Assembly: GCA_977020255.1 (NCBI GenBank) | Contig: CDROCS010000506.1 | Location: forward strand, 310,001-374,000 | Source: Obrimoposthia wandeli | Taxonomy: Eukaryota | Direction of reading: 5' to 3' | DNA: 64,000 nt | Shown here: in pieces, positions 1-11,904 of the stretch | Layout of the letters: every line of letters begins with the position of its first letter | Numbering within the stretch: position 1 is the first letter of the stretch | Made by a program: the position numbers and the translations under genes | Notes under the pieces: generated by a model | What the model was told of the DNA's origin: nothing | Databases searched by the model: none | Seen by the model: the letters and a program-made list of their open reading frames with translations, nothing else

Positions 1-633
<633 letters not shown>

Positions 634-800
634 TTAAATTGATTTAGCTTGTGTAAATTGCTTAAATTTCAGAACCGCTAGACTACACGGGAAATCCGAT
701 GTGTTCAAGTACGGCCCTGAATTGTCACTTATTTGCATACAACTTTGTGAGTAGTTTAATAAAAAAACACATTCACACTGTTAAATTATACAAATTGTAC

Positions 801-2717
801 TTAACCGATTAAACGATTCATACGCGCAATAAAGGCCGCAGGATCATCTAAACTACCACGTTCAGTCAACTGTGCTTGTTCTAGCAATAGCTGAATCCAG
901 TCTGTAAATACCGCTTCATCTGCTTCATCAGCAACACGTTTAATCATTTCGTGCTCAGGATTTAGCTCAAAGATGTATTTCTGTGGTGGTACGGCTTGAC
1001 CAGCAGATTCCATCAACTTAATCATTTGGCTGCTCATGCCATCTTCATTTGTTACAACACAAGACGGTGTAGCCGTTAGACGGTGTGTTAAACGAACATC
1101 GGCTACTTTATCGCCTAATGTTGTTTTTGCACGCTCAAGGAAACTAGCAAACTCTTCAGTTGCTTCTTCTTTAGCTTTTTTCGCATCTTCATCATCAAGG
1201 TCGCCAAGGTCTAGATCGCCCTTAGTTACTGATACTAGTTGCTTACCATCAAAGTCAGTTAAGTGTGATAGTAACCACTCATCAATGCGGTCTGTTAATA
1301 GTAATACTTCAATGCCTTTTTTCTTGAAGATTTCAAGATATGCACTGTTTACAGCAGAGGTGTAGTTGTCCGCAGTAATAAAGTAAATCTTGTCTTGGCC
1401 TTCAGGCATGTTTTCGATGTATTTACCGAAACCAACTTCCTGTGCAGGACCGCCAACCGATGTTGAAGAGAAACGTAATAAAGAAGCAATCTTCTCTTTA
1501 TTCGCCATGTCTTCCGCTGGACCTTCTTTCAGTGCTTGACCGAATTCATCCCAGAATTTAAGGTATTTTTCATCTTCATTTTTCGCCATGCGTTCAAGCA
1601 TAGTCAATACACGTTTAGTACAAGCTGTACGTAACGATGTAGTGATTTTATTATCTTGTAAAATTTCACGTGATACGTTTAGTGGTAAGTCATTTGAATC
1701 TAATACACCCTTCACGAAACGTAGGTAAGTCGGCATAAACTGCTCTGCGTCATCCATAATGAATACACGTCGAACGTAAAGTTTTAGGCCATGTTCTTTT
1801 TCACGGTTCCACATATCAAATGGTGCACGCGCTGGAATATAAAGTAGGCTAGTATATTCTTGCTTACCTTCTACACGGTTGTGGCTCCATGTTAGTGGAT
1901 CTTCAAAGTCATGAGCAATGTGCTTGTAGAACTCATTATATTCTTCATCTTTAAGTTCGTTTTTCGATAATGTCCACAATGCACTTGCACGGGTAATCGA
2001 TTCCCACTCACCTGGTACTGCAGGTGTTTTTTCACCGTCAGGACCGTCTGATTCAGGTTGTTCTGCTTTCCACATTTCAACAGGAATGCTGATATGGTCA
2101 GAGTATTTATTAATAATTTGACGCAATTTCCATGCATCCAATAAATCATCTTCGCCTTCGCGTAGGTGTAAAATGATTTCAGTACCACGGCTTGCTTTAG
2201 TGATGTCAGCTAGACGGTAATCGCCTTCGCCTTCAGATTCCCACTGTACTGCTTGGTCTGCTGCTGCGCCCGCTGCACGGGTATTTACTGTCATCATGTC
2301 TGCAACAATGAAACCAGAATAGAAACCAACACCGAACTGACCGATTAACTGTGAATCTTTCGCTTGGTCACCAGATAGGTTATCAAAGAATTCAGATGTG
2401 CCTGAACGTGCAATTGTGCCTAAATGCGAGATAACATCTTCGCGAGACATACCGATGCCGTTATCAGAGATAGTGATAGTACGGGCTGTTTTATCAAGCG
2501 TAACACGTACACGTAACTCGCTATACGATATATATAAGCTTTATATCTGATAATAATGCTTTGAAACGTACATAGTATCGGCTTTGCATCCGCGTTAGAG
2601 ACAAGCAAGCTCACGTAAAATATATTCTTTGTTGGTATAAAGAATGGATTAACTTGGGTAAGTTGTTTCACTTCAGCTTGAGTGCAAAAGTGAGTCTCAT
2701 TTGGGTGTATCAGTCAT
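801..2717 (-). CDS. htpG: Hsp90 chaperone HtpG; 5' ~190 bp disrupted by multiple indels (intact frame only from ~2535 down)
   Basis: ORF 801..2450 has [17 protein letters not shown] and NVSREILQ. Upstream, fragments QAEVKQL, IHSLY-NKE-LREL and SNA are recognisable in shifting frames back to an ATG at 2717 preceded by AAAGGAA. Confidence 0.93.
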
Positions 2718-2924
2718 TACTTGTTCCTTTGTTCTAATGGGGTTATTCAGATTAAAAATTATCTGAATGTATTCGTTAATAGATAGATGGGTTTGTTATC
2801 AGTGTTTTCAAGGGCAATTAATAATTTTTATCTGTGAGCTCAAACGCAACTACTTAAAAAGCAATGTAAAAAAGCCATTTGTAATTCGAAAATGCTTGCA
2901 TATTAATATCACAACAACCATTAT

Positions 2925-2936
2925 ATTGCGCACAAT
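2925..2936. promoter_or_regulatory. putative OhrR/OspR-type operator upstream of gpx
   Basis: TATATTG-CGCA-CAATCTA imperfect palindrome. Its 11-bp core TTGCGCACAAT recurs at 51032..51042 upstream of the ohrR-like gene. Confidence 0.65.
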
Positions 2937-2993
2937 CTATTTGTTTGCACTTCTATTTACTTCTACCTATTTATTATTTAAAAGGGACTTACG

Positions 2994-3473
2994 ATGACAA
3001 AGCTTTATGATTTTGAAGTAACAACAATCACCGGTGAACAAAAAAAACTCAGTGATTATAATGGCCAAGCAGTATTGATCGTAAATACCGCCAGTAAATG
3101 TGGCTTTACCAATCAATATGCCGAATTAGAAGAGTTGCAGCAAACTTACGCGAGTAAAGGCTTGGCTATTCTAGGATTTCCTTGCAACCAGTTTAAGCAA
3201 CAAGAACAAGGGTCTGATGCTGATATTAATTCATTCTGTCAGCTGAACTTTGGTGTCACTTTTGACATGTTCAGCAAAATTGATGTGAACGGTGATAATG
3301 CCGACCCGCTGTATAACTGGCTTAAGTCAGAAGCGAAAGGTTTATTAGGCAGTAAAGGCATTAAGTGGAACTTCACTAAATTTTTGGTTAACCGTGATGG
3401 TGATGTAGTCGATCGCTTTGCACCGACACTGTCACCAAAAGGCATGATAAAAGACATTGAGAAATTACTGTAA
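2994..3473 (+). CDS. glutathione peroxidase family protein
   Basis: VNTASKCGFT, LGFPCNQF and IKWNFTKFLV are the Gpx signature motifs. Confidence 0.96.
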   Translation: MTKLYDFEVTTITGEQKKLSDYNGQAVLIVNTASKCGFTNQYAELEELQQTYASKGLAILGFPCNQFKQQEQGSDADINSFCQLNFGVTFDMFSKIDVNGDNADPLYNWLKSEAKGLLGSKGIKWNFTKFLVNRDGDVVDRFAPTLSPKGMIKDIEKLL

Positions 3474-3656
3474 CTCAATCGTGATGATTAAAACTATTTA
3501 GCAGTAACAATAACTTAGTTGAATAGTTTGTTATATTTATAGATAAAGCCCCCTGATTAACATTGCTGTACTTTACAACAAATGCCCCGTATCAGGGGTG
3601 GCACTTAGCCCTGCTCTGTCGTATAGTATGCGCAATTCATTATAGGAAGGCTTTAC

Positions 3657-5630
3657 ATGTTTCGCGACAATCCACTACTATCTCAATTAAAACAAAATAT
3701 GCGCCAAAACACGCCGAGTGTAGAAGGTACAGTTAAAGGCACTGAACGTGGTTTTGGCTTCCTTGAAGCGGATGATGGCGAAAGCTACTTCATTGCTCCA
3801 CCGCACATGAAAAAAATCATGCACGGCGATCGCATTAAAGCATATATCGAAACCAACGGTGATAAAACATCTGCAGAACCGGATACGTTAGTTGAAGCTA
3901 AATTAACCCGTTTTATTGCGCGTATCAGTATGACTAAAAACAAACTCACTATTCTTGCTGATAGCCCTGTTATCAACATGCCAATCAGAGCAAAATTAGT
4001 TGGTCTGGGCGAGCAGAAAGTTGCAGAGGGTGATTGGGTTGTTGCACAACTTACATCTCACGCCTTAAAAGACGGTAGCTTTGCTGCAGAAGTAACAAGT
4101 TTCGTCGCGACTGAAACCGATCCAAATGCACCATGGTGGGTTACATTAGCACGCCAAGATTTGGCTAAAGATGTACCAGCTATGCCTGACTCTGTTGAAT
4201 TCCAAGATGATACAACACGTATTGATCTAACAGATAAGCCATTCTTTACAATCGATTCAGCGTCTACACAAGATATGGATGATGCACTGCTTGTTGAAAA
4301 AACAGCAGAAGGCAATTTAAAAGTGACTGTTGCGATCGCCGATCCAACAGCCTATATCCCAGCTGATTCAGAACTAAACAAAATTGCTGCAGAGCGTGCG
4401 TTCACTGTGTATCTACCGGGCCGTAATATCCCAATGATGCCACGTGAATTAAGCGACAGTGTTTGTTCATTAGTTGCTGGCGAAAAACGCCCAACATTAT
4501 GCTGTACTTACACGATTCAAGAAGACGGTTCGTTAGCTGAAGAGTTTGAATTCTTCACAGCTTGGATCACTTCTCAGCATAAACTGTCTTATACACAAGT
4601 ATCAGACTTGATTGAAGAAGTATCAACGCAGTGGCAGCCTGAAGCACAGCTTGCAGAGCAACTACAGTCACTGGCTACGTTTGCACGTCATCGTCAACAA
4701 TGGCGTAAAACAAATGCAATCGTATTCCCTGACCAACCTGATTACAGCTTCGAGCTAGATGAAACAGGTAACGTACTTGCTATTCATGTAGAACATCGCC
4801 GCATTGCGAATCAAATGATTGAAGAAACAATGGTTGCAGCGAACATCACTGCAGCACGTTTATTCCGTCAACATGGCGATGTGGGTGTATTTAATACCCA
4901 CGCTGGTTTTGATCCAGAGAAGATTGACTTAGTTGTTGAGTTACTGACTGAACACGGTATCGAATGCACAAAAGAACACATCCAATCTCTACCTGGTTAT
5001 GTTGAATTACAACGTACCCTTGCAGAAAAAGCGAATCCAGCATTAGACAGTCGTTTACGTCGTATGCAAAGCTACAGCATCATCAGTGCAAGTGCAGAAC
5101 GTCACTTCGCTATGGGCTTAGAGGGTTATGCAACATGGACATCACCAATTCGTAAATACGGTGACATCCTTAACCACCGTCTAATCAAAGCAACATTGAC
5201 CAATGGTACAGCACGCTCTGCAACAGAAGATGAAGTTATCTTGATGTCAGAACGTCGCCGTCAACATAGAATGGCTGAACGTGATATCTCGTCTTGGTTA
5301 TATGTTGATTACCTAACACCTGCAGTAGAAAGCAAACAAGCATTCGAGGCGAGCATCATGGATGTTAACCGCGGTGGCTTACGTGTGCGTTTACTTGAAA
5401 ATGGTGCGGTTGCATTTATCCCTGCTAGCTTATTACATGATAATAAGAAAGAAGTTAAATGCTTAGTCGAAACAGGCCAAATCAGCATTAAAGATCAAGT
5501 TGAATACAGCTTAGGTGACGTGATCTTCGTTAATATCGCAGAAGTTAACAAAGAAAAACGTAACATAGTTGCGAAGCCTGTTGTAGCTAAACCAGTTGTT
5601 ACTACACCAGTAGAAACAGTCGCGGTTTAA
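3657..5630 (+). CDS. rnb: exoribonuclease II
   Basis: MFRDNPLLSQLKQ start, TIDSASTQDMDDAL RNB catalytic motif, TSPIRKYGD, C-terminal S1 domain. Confidence 0.96.
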   Translation: MFRDNPLLSQLKQNMRQNTPSVEGTVKGTERGFGFLEADDGESYFIAPPHMKKIMHGDRIKAYIETNGDKTSAEPDTLVEAKLTRFIARISMTKNKLTILADSPVINMPIRAKLVGLGEQKVAEGDWVVAQLTSHALKDGSFAAEVTSFVATETDPNAPWWVTLARQDLAKDVPAMPDSVEFQDDTTRIDLTDKPFFTIDSASTQDMDDALLVEKTAEGNLKVTVAIADPTAYIPADSELNKIAAERAFTVYLPGRNIPMMPRELSDSVCSLVAGEKRPTLCCTYTIQEDGSLAEEFEFFTAWITSQHKLSYTQVSDLIEEVSTQWQPEAQLAEQLQSLATFARHRQQWRKTNAIVFPDQPDYSFELDETGNVLAIHVEHRRIANQMIEETMVAANITAARLFRQHGDVGVFNTHAGFDPEKIDLVVELLTEHGIECTKEHIQSLPGYVELQRTLAEKANPALDSRLRRMQSYSIISASAERHFAMGLEGYATWTSPIRKYGDILNHRLIKATLTNGTARSATEDEVILMSERRRQHRMAERDISSWLYVDYLTPAVESKQAFEASIMDVNRGGLRVRLLENGAVAFIPASLLHDNKKEVKCLVETGQISIKDQVEYSLGDVIFVNIAEVNKEKRNIVAKPVVAKPVVTTPVETVAV

Positions 5631-5646
5631 TAACAGCTTATTTTAA

Positions 5647-5671
5647 CGAGGGTGAGCACTGCTTGCCCTCG
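5647..5671. terminator. hairpin between convergent rnb and hypothetical gene
   Basis: cgagggtgagc-act-gcttgccctcg inverted repeat. Confidence 0.6.
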
Positions 5672-5720
5672 CTAAATAATGAAGCAACGTTTCATTAACT
5701 GCAATCATCAACGCATTCAT

Positions 5721-6206
5721 TTACGCATTATTATTTGGATCTACAACAGTAATATCTGGATTTAACGCCATGAACTCCGTTAACATACTTTGTAAATGAC
5801 TTAGCATCGCAGTGGTCACTTGTTCACGTTGTGGCATATCAATAACAAAATTAAACGCCTGTAATTCCATCATTTGATATTGTTGTAATACAAAACCTAA
5901 ATCTGCTAACTTTTGTTCATATTGAACTTGTTCTTTTACCAGGCTGACATCCACTCTTGCTTGTCGAACGATATTTTCCGCATCGGCATAAATACCATCG
6001 ACATTGACCAAGCCTTGCATTGAGCTCTCACCATATACAGACATTAACGCCGTATTTTTAGCGTCACTATTATTTGACTTAGTTAGGATCAAACTTGCTG
6101 TTGCGATGAGGAAAATAACAAAACAACACAGTAATACCTGCTGCGCAATTTGCTGGTGATCTGAGTGTGATTTCCAGGATGCATTTAGTTTAAATATCGA
6201 ATTCAT
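5721..6206 (-). CDS. hypothetical single-pass membrane protein
   Basis: 161-aa ORF with one hydrophobic segment (VLLCCFVIFLIATASLIL). No recognised family. Confidence 0.7.
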   Translation of the reverse strand: MNSIFKLNASWKSHSDHQQIAQQVLLCCFVIFLIATASLILTKSNNSDAKNTALMSVYGESSMQGLVNVDGIYADAENIVRQARVDVSLVKEQVQYEQKLADLGFVLQQYQMMELQAFNFVIDMPQREQVTTAMLSHLQSMLTEFMALNPDITVVDPNNNA

Positions 6207-6521
6207 GTTTGCCGCTCATTAGTTATCAATGAGGCTATTAAACTAAACAACTGTGACTATTAAACACCACAAAAGTGATTAACAAAGATGAATTATGACG
6301 AAATGTGGCAATGCACTATCAAGATGGATATACCAAAAATGAACTGCTCGCGTTTTACAAAGTCCCTTGGTGATCATAATGAGTCAGCTACAGATTTGAT
6401 CATCATAAAGTAGTATAATATATCCTATTAAAGGAGCATTCATGGCATTGATTAATATGAAAAAAATATTGAATATGGTTAATGCTTTTTCTGTCTTATA
6501 TAGCATGGCTCAACTTTTATC

Positions 6522-7292
6522 ATGAAATCTACTACTAAATTACTCTTTTGTGTAGCATTATCGCTCTTAGCTTCAGCATGTACAACACAAGATAACTTAG
6601 CTAAATCAGCCTTGTTGCAGTCCACTTATCTAGAGCGTGGTATTGTTGTTAACTCTCTTGGCCAATTAGAGCCAGAAATGATGAATGATTGCCAAGTGGA
6701 TGGCTACTATTGGAAACCGCACGGGGAATTTGATCAAAATACGATCAGCAACCATTTTAGTATCCACTACACAGGGATGATGTTAGACGTTATTGAAGAT
6801 GACGGAGATCTCTACATAGCGACACCCCAGTCTGCTTTTATGGAACCCCGAAATATACTGACAGATCTTCCACTATTAAATCAAACGTTAGCACCTTCAA
6901 TGAAGGTTGATACAAAGTTCATTATCAGCATCGCGAAGTTATCAACACATAAAAGCCTGTTAGCCTTGTCGGAAGTCATTACAAATAGTCACAACGATAA
7001 AAACATTATTATTATTGCAACTGTAGAACAGCAGAAACAACTCACCAATAAACTACCATCCAAAACAACCATTCTATCCGAAATGCCTAAATCACTCAGC
7101 ACCAGCCACTTAGGTGTTCTTTCATTATGTCAGTCATTAAGTGATGAATTAATCACTGGAAGCTACGTGAGTGATAAAGCACTAATAAAGCGACTTAACA
7201 TGAGCAGTTCAGTCAGTTTTGTCGAGTTAGTACAAACCCTACCCCATGACGCCGATTTCTCCAATTTCAGCGAAACAACAAGATTTATATGA
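6522..7292 (+). CDS. hypothetical lipoprotein
   Basis: 256 aa, signal peptide ending in lipobox LASAC. Confidence 0.7.
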   Translation: MKSTTKLLFCVALSLLASACTTQDNLAKSALLQSTYLERGIVVNSLGQLEPEMMNDCQVDGYYWKPHGEFDQNTISNHFSIHYTGMMLDVIEDDGDLYIATPQSAFMEPRNILTDLPLLNQTLAPSMKVDTKFIISIAKLSTHKSLLALSEVITNSHNDKNIIIIATVEQQKQLTNKLPSKTTILSEMPKSLSTSHLGVLSLCQSLSDELITGSYVSDKALIKRLNMSSSVSFVELVQTLPHDADFSNFSETTRFI

Positions 7293-7660
7293 GGGGCAAT
7301 ACAATTAACTTTTTAATGGTCAGATACGCAACCCAGCCAAGAAGCCAAGTTGCATATTTATAAGCAGAGAGAAAATTGGTCAAAATAAACCTGAGATCAA
7401 GAAGAGAGTTCAACTACAAGAAAAAATCACCATAAATACAATTCAGTAAAGGCTATTCATGCAATCTCTAGCAACAATATATGAAGAACAGAGTAAGTCA
7501 AAAAAGTTCTCTTTAACTTTATCATTTTACTATTTTAGTTAGCCTGTTATACATTTTTTTTGAAATAACACTTAATTTTTCATTAGTTAACCTTTACAGC
7601 AAACCTATAGCAGAGTTATTTCTAAACCCAAAATTAGCCGATCAAGCGCATAATATAGAG

Positions 7661-8314
7661 ATGTACGGGCGAATAATTTCAGGTTTTGGTTTCTCTCTAC
7701 TGCTATTTTCATTTTTGTACAACGCATTAAGCAAGTGGATTTCAACCGTTAAACCGTTGCTAACTAACGATACAATCATTCGGCTAATAAATGTGTTAAG
7801 TAGTAGTAAAAAACTTGAGCGACTAATTAAAAGTGCTTTGTTTATTACACTATGGGTAGTGTTAGTACTTTTCCTTCGGTTTATGGTTGAAACCTTGGTT
7901 TATCAATCTTCAGAAAAAACAAAATTAGATTCCGTACGTTCCGTTATGTTTAAAGAGCTGTATGGCTCAGGACAGTTAAACTTCCCTGATTTAACAGTGT
8001 TAAACGAAGCAACTGACGATCCGGTGCAAAAGAAAATATTAACCGCGTTGATCCCCTCTCTTGCATTTGCCTCCCCTCAGGTAAACAAAAGCATTGAAAG
8101 CAAAACCGATGAAATAGCAGTCTTTTTGTTGAATAAACGAGAACGAGAAAAATTCCAAAAAAAAATATCCCCTATTCTGAATAATAATAAAAAAACGGCA
8201 GATGCAGAGTTCGCTTTATACAGCAAATATTACTCTGAATTCAAAAAAAGTAATTGGTTATTAAGTAATAAAAAAGCGTTTAAAGAATATCGTAACAATC
8301 ACCTCGAAAGTTAA
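7661..8314 (+). CDS. hypothetical membrane protein (possibly N-terminal part of the next ORF)
   Basis: 217 aa, two hydrophobic segments, AT-rich, Lys-rich soluble part. Confidence 0.6.
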   Translation: MYGRIISGFGFSLLLFSFLYNALSKWISTVKPLLTNDTIIRLINVLSSSKKLERLIKSALFITLWVVLVLFLRFMVETLVYQSSEKTKLDSVRSVMFKELYGSGQLNFPDLTVLNEATDDPVQKKILTALIPSLAFASPQVNKSIESKTDEIAVFLLNKREREKFQKKISPILNNNKKTADAEFALYSKYYSEFKKSNWLLSNKKAFKEYRNNHLES

Positions 8315-8345
8315 TAGACATTAAAAGGAGTTGTTGGAATGATTT

Positions 8346-10175
8346 ATGACTATCAATTACATCCCCAATACTGCAAAATATTCTAAAATTAATGAAAGAC
8401 TTAAACAAGACGAACATAGTGAAGAAAAAAATGTTATAGAAAAATTGTGCAGAAAATGTGTGGGACGTAAATTACGACAATACAATATTCCCACCAAAGA
8501 TCCTGAATTTTGGTTTAAAACTTCCTTTTTTGAATTTTTTAAAAAATTAGCCCTTTACGTTCCAGGTGTATTTGAAGTTCTTGCTTGTGACATCATTACT
8601 GATGATATGTATTGCGGTGTGCTTGCTGAAGAATTTGAAGGCCTGAATAATCGTTTGAAGGAAGCTCGTATAGAGCAACTAATTGAACAATACCCCTTTG
8701 GTTTAACCCTAGAAAAAAATCAGTATTTAAAACAACCTGCGGTGCAAAAAGAAGGCGCAAACTACTTAAGGAAACAAGGGATAAAAGTAGCAACAAGTTG
8801 GAAAACTGCTGATAAAAGGCAGTTAACCAAAGCAACAAAAAATCACCTTAAAAACCGCGATACCATAATACAAAAGAAATACAATTCAAAATCGAGAGTC
8901 GATTTTAACCTTAGTTCGCAGAGCATAAAAAACAGAGAAAGCTTTTACAAAACTAAACAGCTCCAAAAAAGGTTCAAAAATAATTTAGGTAAATACTATT
9001 ACTCTAGCTATTTACCACAGCATAGTGATGCAAAAGTTTTTCTTGTTTGGCAAAATAAGAAAAAAAACAGCAATTTAAATGTCGTTAAAATGCTAACACA
9101 TAAAGCAGAATATGGTTTTAAGCCAGGGGGAATGTTCTATCAACTAGGCATCGATGCAGTAAAATTTTCGATTATTCCAACCGTTTCTATCATGCTCAGT
9201 GTGATTGGTGTACTGCTGATTTCCATTAAAATTTTAGTGCTGTTGTTTATGCACTTTAGTTTCTTCCAAAAAACGTTTTTCAAGATTAAAAGAGATCCTG
9301 AAAATGAAGTGATTAAACCTGACATTGAAATTCAACGCTGGGTTGTTTTAATTCCAATTTTTGCAGCAGGAATTATGTCTATTCCTTACTTTAATAGTTA
9401 TTACATAGACCGCATCAGTAAGTCATTAAACGAGTCTAACCAAGCATCAACCTCTGTAGATACCATCAAAAATTATGGCCTGGGGTATGTTTTGGATGCG
9501 CAATCTAACCTATTTAAAATAGCGGGTGTATTAGATGTTAATGTATTAGCCGCCGTGCCTAAAAGCTATTTAACTTCCATTAAGTTGGTTGATAACCTCT
9601 TATTTGATGAACTTAGCCCCTACGCACATTATGCGCTTAATTATGTTGGCCTATCAATCAAGGATATTGTAGAGCCTGACTTCAATTTAACTATCTACCG
9701 TAAAGAGTATGATCTATTAATGGCAATGGGATTAAACATCGATGAAAAAGCGGTCACCAAGGTCTCTATTCCCACCATATTTACCAATGAACAAGCAGAC
9801 GTACTGTTTGATTCTAAAATTTTGTATGGCGCAACAGATTACAAATTATTGTTTCAAACATCCTTGCAAGACGCAAGAGATCCTGAATTTTGGGTTGGTG
9901 TGATGCACTCTGATTTGCTCAGAAAATCGATGCGACAACAACTAGAGCAAAAAACCCTCAATTACATAACACAGAAATACCCTCAAGGCATCTCTTCATT
10001 GAAGTTCTTACCTAAAGGAAAACAATCAGGGAATATTGTTTTGGTGAAGCTTAAGAGAAAAAAATACGATTGTTACTACCTACCGACTTTTAACTTCAGT
10101 AATCTAATTACTATTTTTTCATCTACAGATTTAAATACAGCAAATGAAAGATTCCGCTGTAAATGGGAGATATGA
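8346..10175 (+). CDS. large hypothetical membrane protein
   Basis: 609-aa ORF with two central hydrophobic segments (IIPTVSIMLSVIGVLLISIKILVLLF; WVVLIPIFAAGIMSIPYF). No recognised motif. Confidence 0.8.
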   Translation: MTINYIPNTAKYSKINERLKQDEHSEEKNVIEKLCRKCVGRKLRQYNIPTKDPEFWFKTSFFEFFKKLALYVPGVFEVLACDIITDDMYCGVLAEEFEGLNNRLKEARIEQLIEQYPFGLTLEKNQYLKQPAVQKEGANYLRKQGIKVATSWKTADKRQLTKATKNHLKNRDTIIQKKYNSKSRVDFNLSSQSIKNRESFYKTKQLQKRFKNNLGKYYYSSYLPQHSDAKVFLVWQNKKKNSNLNVVKMLTHKAEYGFKPGGMFYQLGIDAVKFSIIPTVSIMLSVIGVLLISIKILVLLFMHFSFFQKTFFKIKRDPENEVIKPDIEIQRWVVLIPIFAAGIMSIPYFNSYYIDRISKSLNESNQASTSVDTIKNYGLGYVLDAQSNLFKIAGVLDVNVLAAVPKSYLTSIKLVDNLLFDELSPYAHYALNYVGLSIKDIVEPDFNLTIYRKEYDLLMAMGLNIDEKAVTKVSIPTIFTNEQADVLFDSKILYGATDYKLLFQTSLQDARDPEFWVGVMHSDLLRKSMRQQLEQKTLNYITQKYPQGISSLKFLPKGKQSGNIVLVKLKRKKYDCYYLPTFNFSNLITIFSSTDLNTANERFRCKWEI

Positions 10176-10354
10176 TGTTACTTCTCAATAAGCTACTGAG
10201 CAAAATACTCAGCTTGATAATAAGAACGATGATTTATATAGGCCCCTTTTTCGCATTGCTGTATTACATTGATATCAGTTTTAATGAAGCTTACTCAGGC
10301 CTTTATCAATCAATGGATCAAGTGAGCGTTAAGCTTATCATTCTAAATAAATAG
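10163..10354 (+). CDS. small hypothetical membrane protein
   Basis: 63 aa, hydrophobic, overlaps the upstream stop, followed by GGA-ATG of the next gene after 8 nt. Confidence 0.5.
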   Translation: MGDMMLLLNKLLSKILSLIIRTMIYIGPFFALLYYIDISFNEAYSGLYQSMDQVSVKLIILNK

Positions 10355-10362
10355 GAAATAAA

Positions 10363-11215
10363 ATGACAGAACAAACACTAAATGCTGGACCAGAGCCAGT
10401 AGAGAGTCGTTTTAAAGTGACTTATACGATAAAAATATCTGATTTTTTGACCATTATTCCGATACTGATAGGTGTTTGGTACGCGCATCAAAGTAACTTA
10501 GAAAACATACAAAAAATAAACGATGTGATCGTAAAGTACGAAACACAGATTGATAAAATCATCCTTGCCGATGATAAAAAACATACCAAATATGTTAGCA
10601 ATTTAACGGCAATTTCAAATGTACTCTCTAAAGGAGGAAGAAAGCGTACATTTACTATCTATAGTGTCCTGTAGTCATCGTCGATAACAATATACCTTTG
10701 AAGTTTTCTCGTAAATCCGAAACAGTAACCAACAAGTCAATTTATATTGACTACGAAGTCGTATATGGGCCATTTGCATTTTCATGCAAAAAGATCCCAG
10801 ATTTTTTAATTAATGGAATTAGATATGGAAACGAACTTCAGAACCCACATGTAAAAACACTATCTTCTATATCTATAAACACTGTCACGATTTGTGGGCG
10901 GGCAACTGATAAAGTCTCCCGGAACAGTAATGCAGGGAAACAAATTGGCCCCAAGTGCCCTGAGTGCCCCGGCCCAATAAACCGTACTGTGTGTACAATC
11001 AAAGTGCAAAATCGTTCACAGGTACTGTATTGGATACACATCTTTATAAGCGCTCAAAAACGGTTAATTCGAGGGTTGATAAAAGATCAACAAGTGAAAG
11101 CTTTGAACAGGCTTTTAATTTCATTACGATTGAGAATGAACAAGGTGAAACACTTAAAATAAATATTAATGGGAACGATGAAGCCGCTAATAAAGTAAAG
11201 CGCTGTGACGATTAA
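10363..11215 (+). pseudogene. fragmented hypothetical single-TM protein gene (pieces 10363-10674, ~10698-10960, ~10964-11215)
   Basis: Three consecutive plus-strand ORF pieces in different frames. The first has an RBS (AGGA) and a TM segment; protein-like sequence continues across the frame switches. Confidence 0.45.
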
Positions 11216-11256
11216 TATATTTCTTGAACCCATTGATTTCGGAAAGGTTGACATGA

Positions 11257-11634
11257 TGCAGGCACCCCACGAGATGCAATGGTATTAGTCACCTGCTAAA
11301 CGATAGATTAGCAGATGCATTTATTGTTCATAGTCAAGATGGTTCTCGCTATGCAAGACAAAACCAATCTAAACTATTTACGCCAAAATCGCCCTCTATT
11401 ATAGAGGCTTTGGCAGCTGCGAGTATGCAATGTCTAACCGTAGGTTTCTTTGCATTTCTGCTTATTTGGATAGGACCATCGATTCCTGAAATCAATGAAC
11501 TTGCCCCTTGGTTAGACGCGAAAGAGGCGCCTAAAGCAGGCTTGATTTTCTCTGCATTTGTAGGTTTCGTTGGCTTTCACCTTCATTTGAAAGGAGCAAA
11601 AAAGCACGCTACGATTGTGGTAGAGACATACTGA
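11257..11634 (+). pseudogene. two-TM hypothetical protein fragment lacking a clear start
   Basis: The frame of ORF 11410..11634 is open back to a TGA at 11254 with no in-frame ATG before the late MQCL. It contains two hydrophobic segments. Confidence 0.35.
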
Positions 11635-11904
11635 AAAAGTCAGTCGAATGTTTATTCAGTAATTACTTTTTAATTGAGGCTGACACTAACTTCGAAAGGC
11701 TCGAATAATGACCAGACTTGTTCTGCCGTGAATGTGATACACGATGTAGTTGCCAATCAACCCATTGCAGTAATTGTGGTGTGCCGATACAGCAAGAATC
11801 AAGTGAACAATAACAAACAAGAAAGACTCAAAGGCCCATTAGGCCGCTCTACCGGCGCCACACGTCAAAGGGAAAACGGTTAGCACTGATGCAGCAATAT
11901 CAAT

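Noticed and set aside
2420-2671. 83-aa ORF upstream of htpG as a separate gene
   Set aside because: It is an off-frame read of the scrambled htpG 5' region.
11674-11883. 69-aa ORF within the island
   Set aside because: TTG start, no RBS, no protein-like features. The opposite strand gave no convincing frame either.
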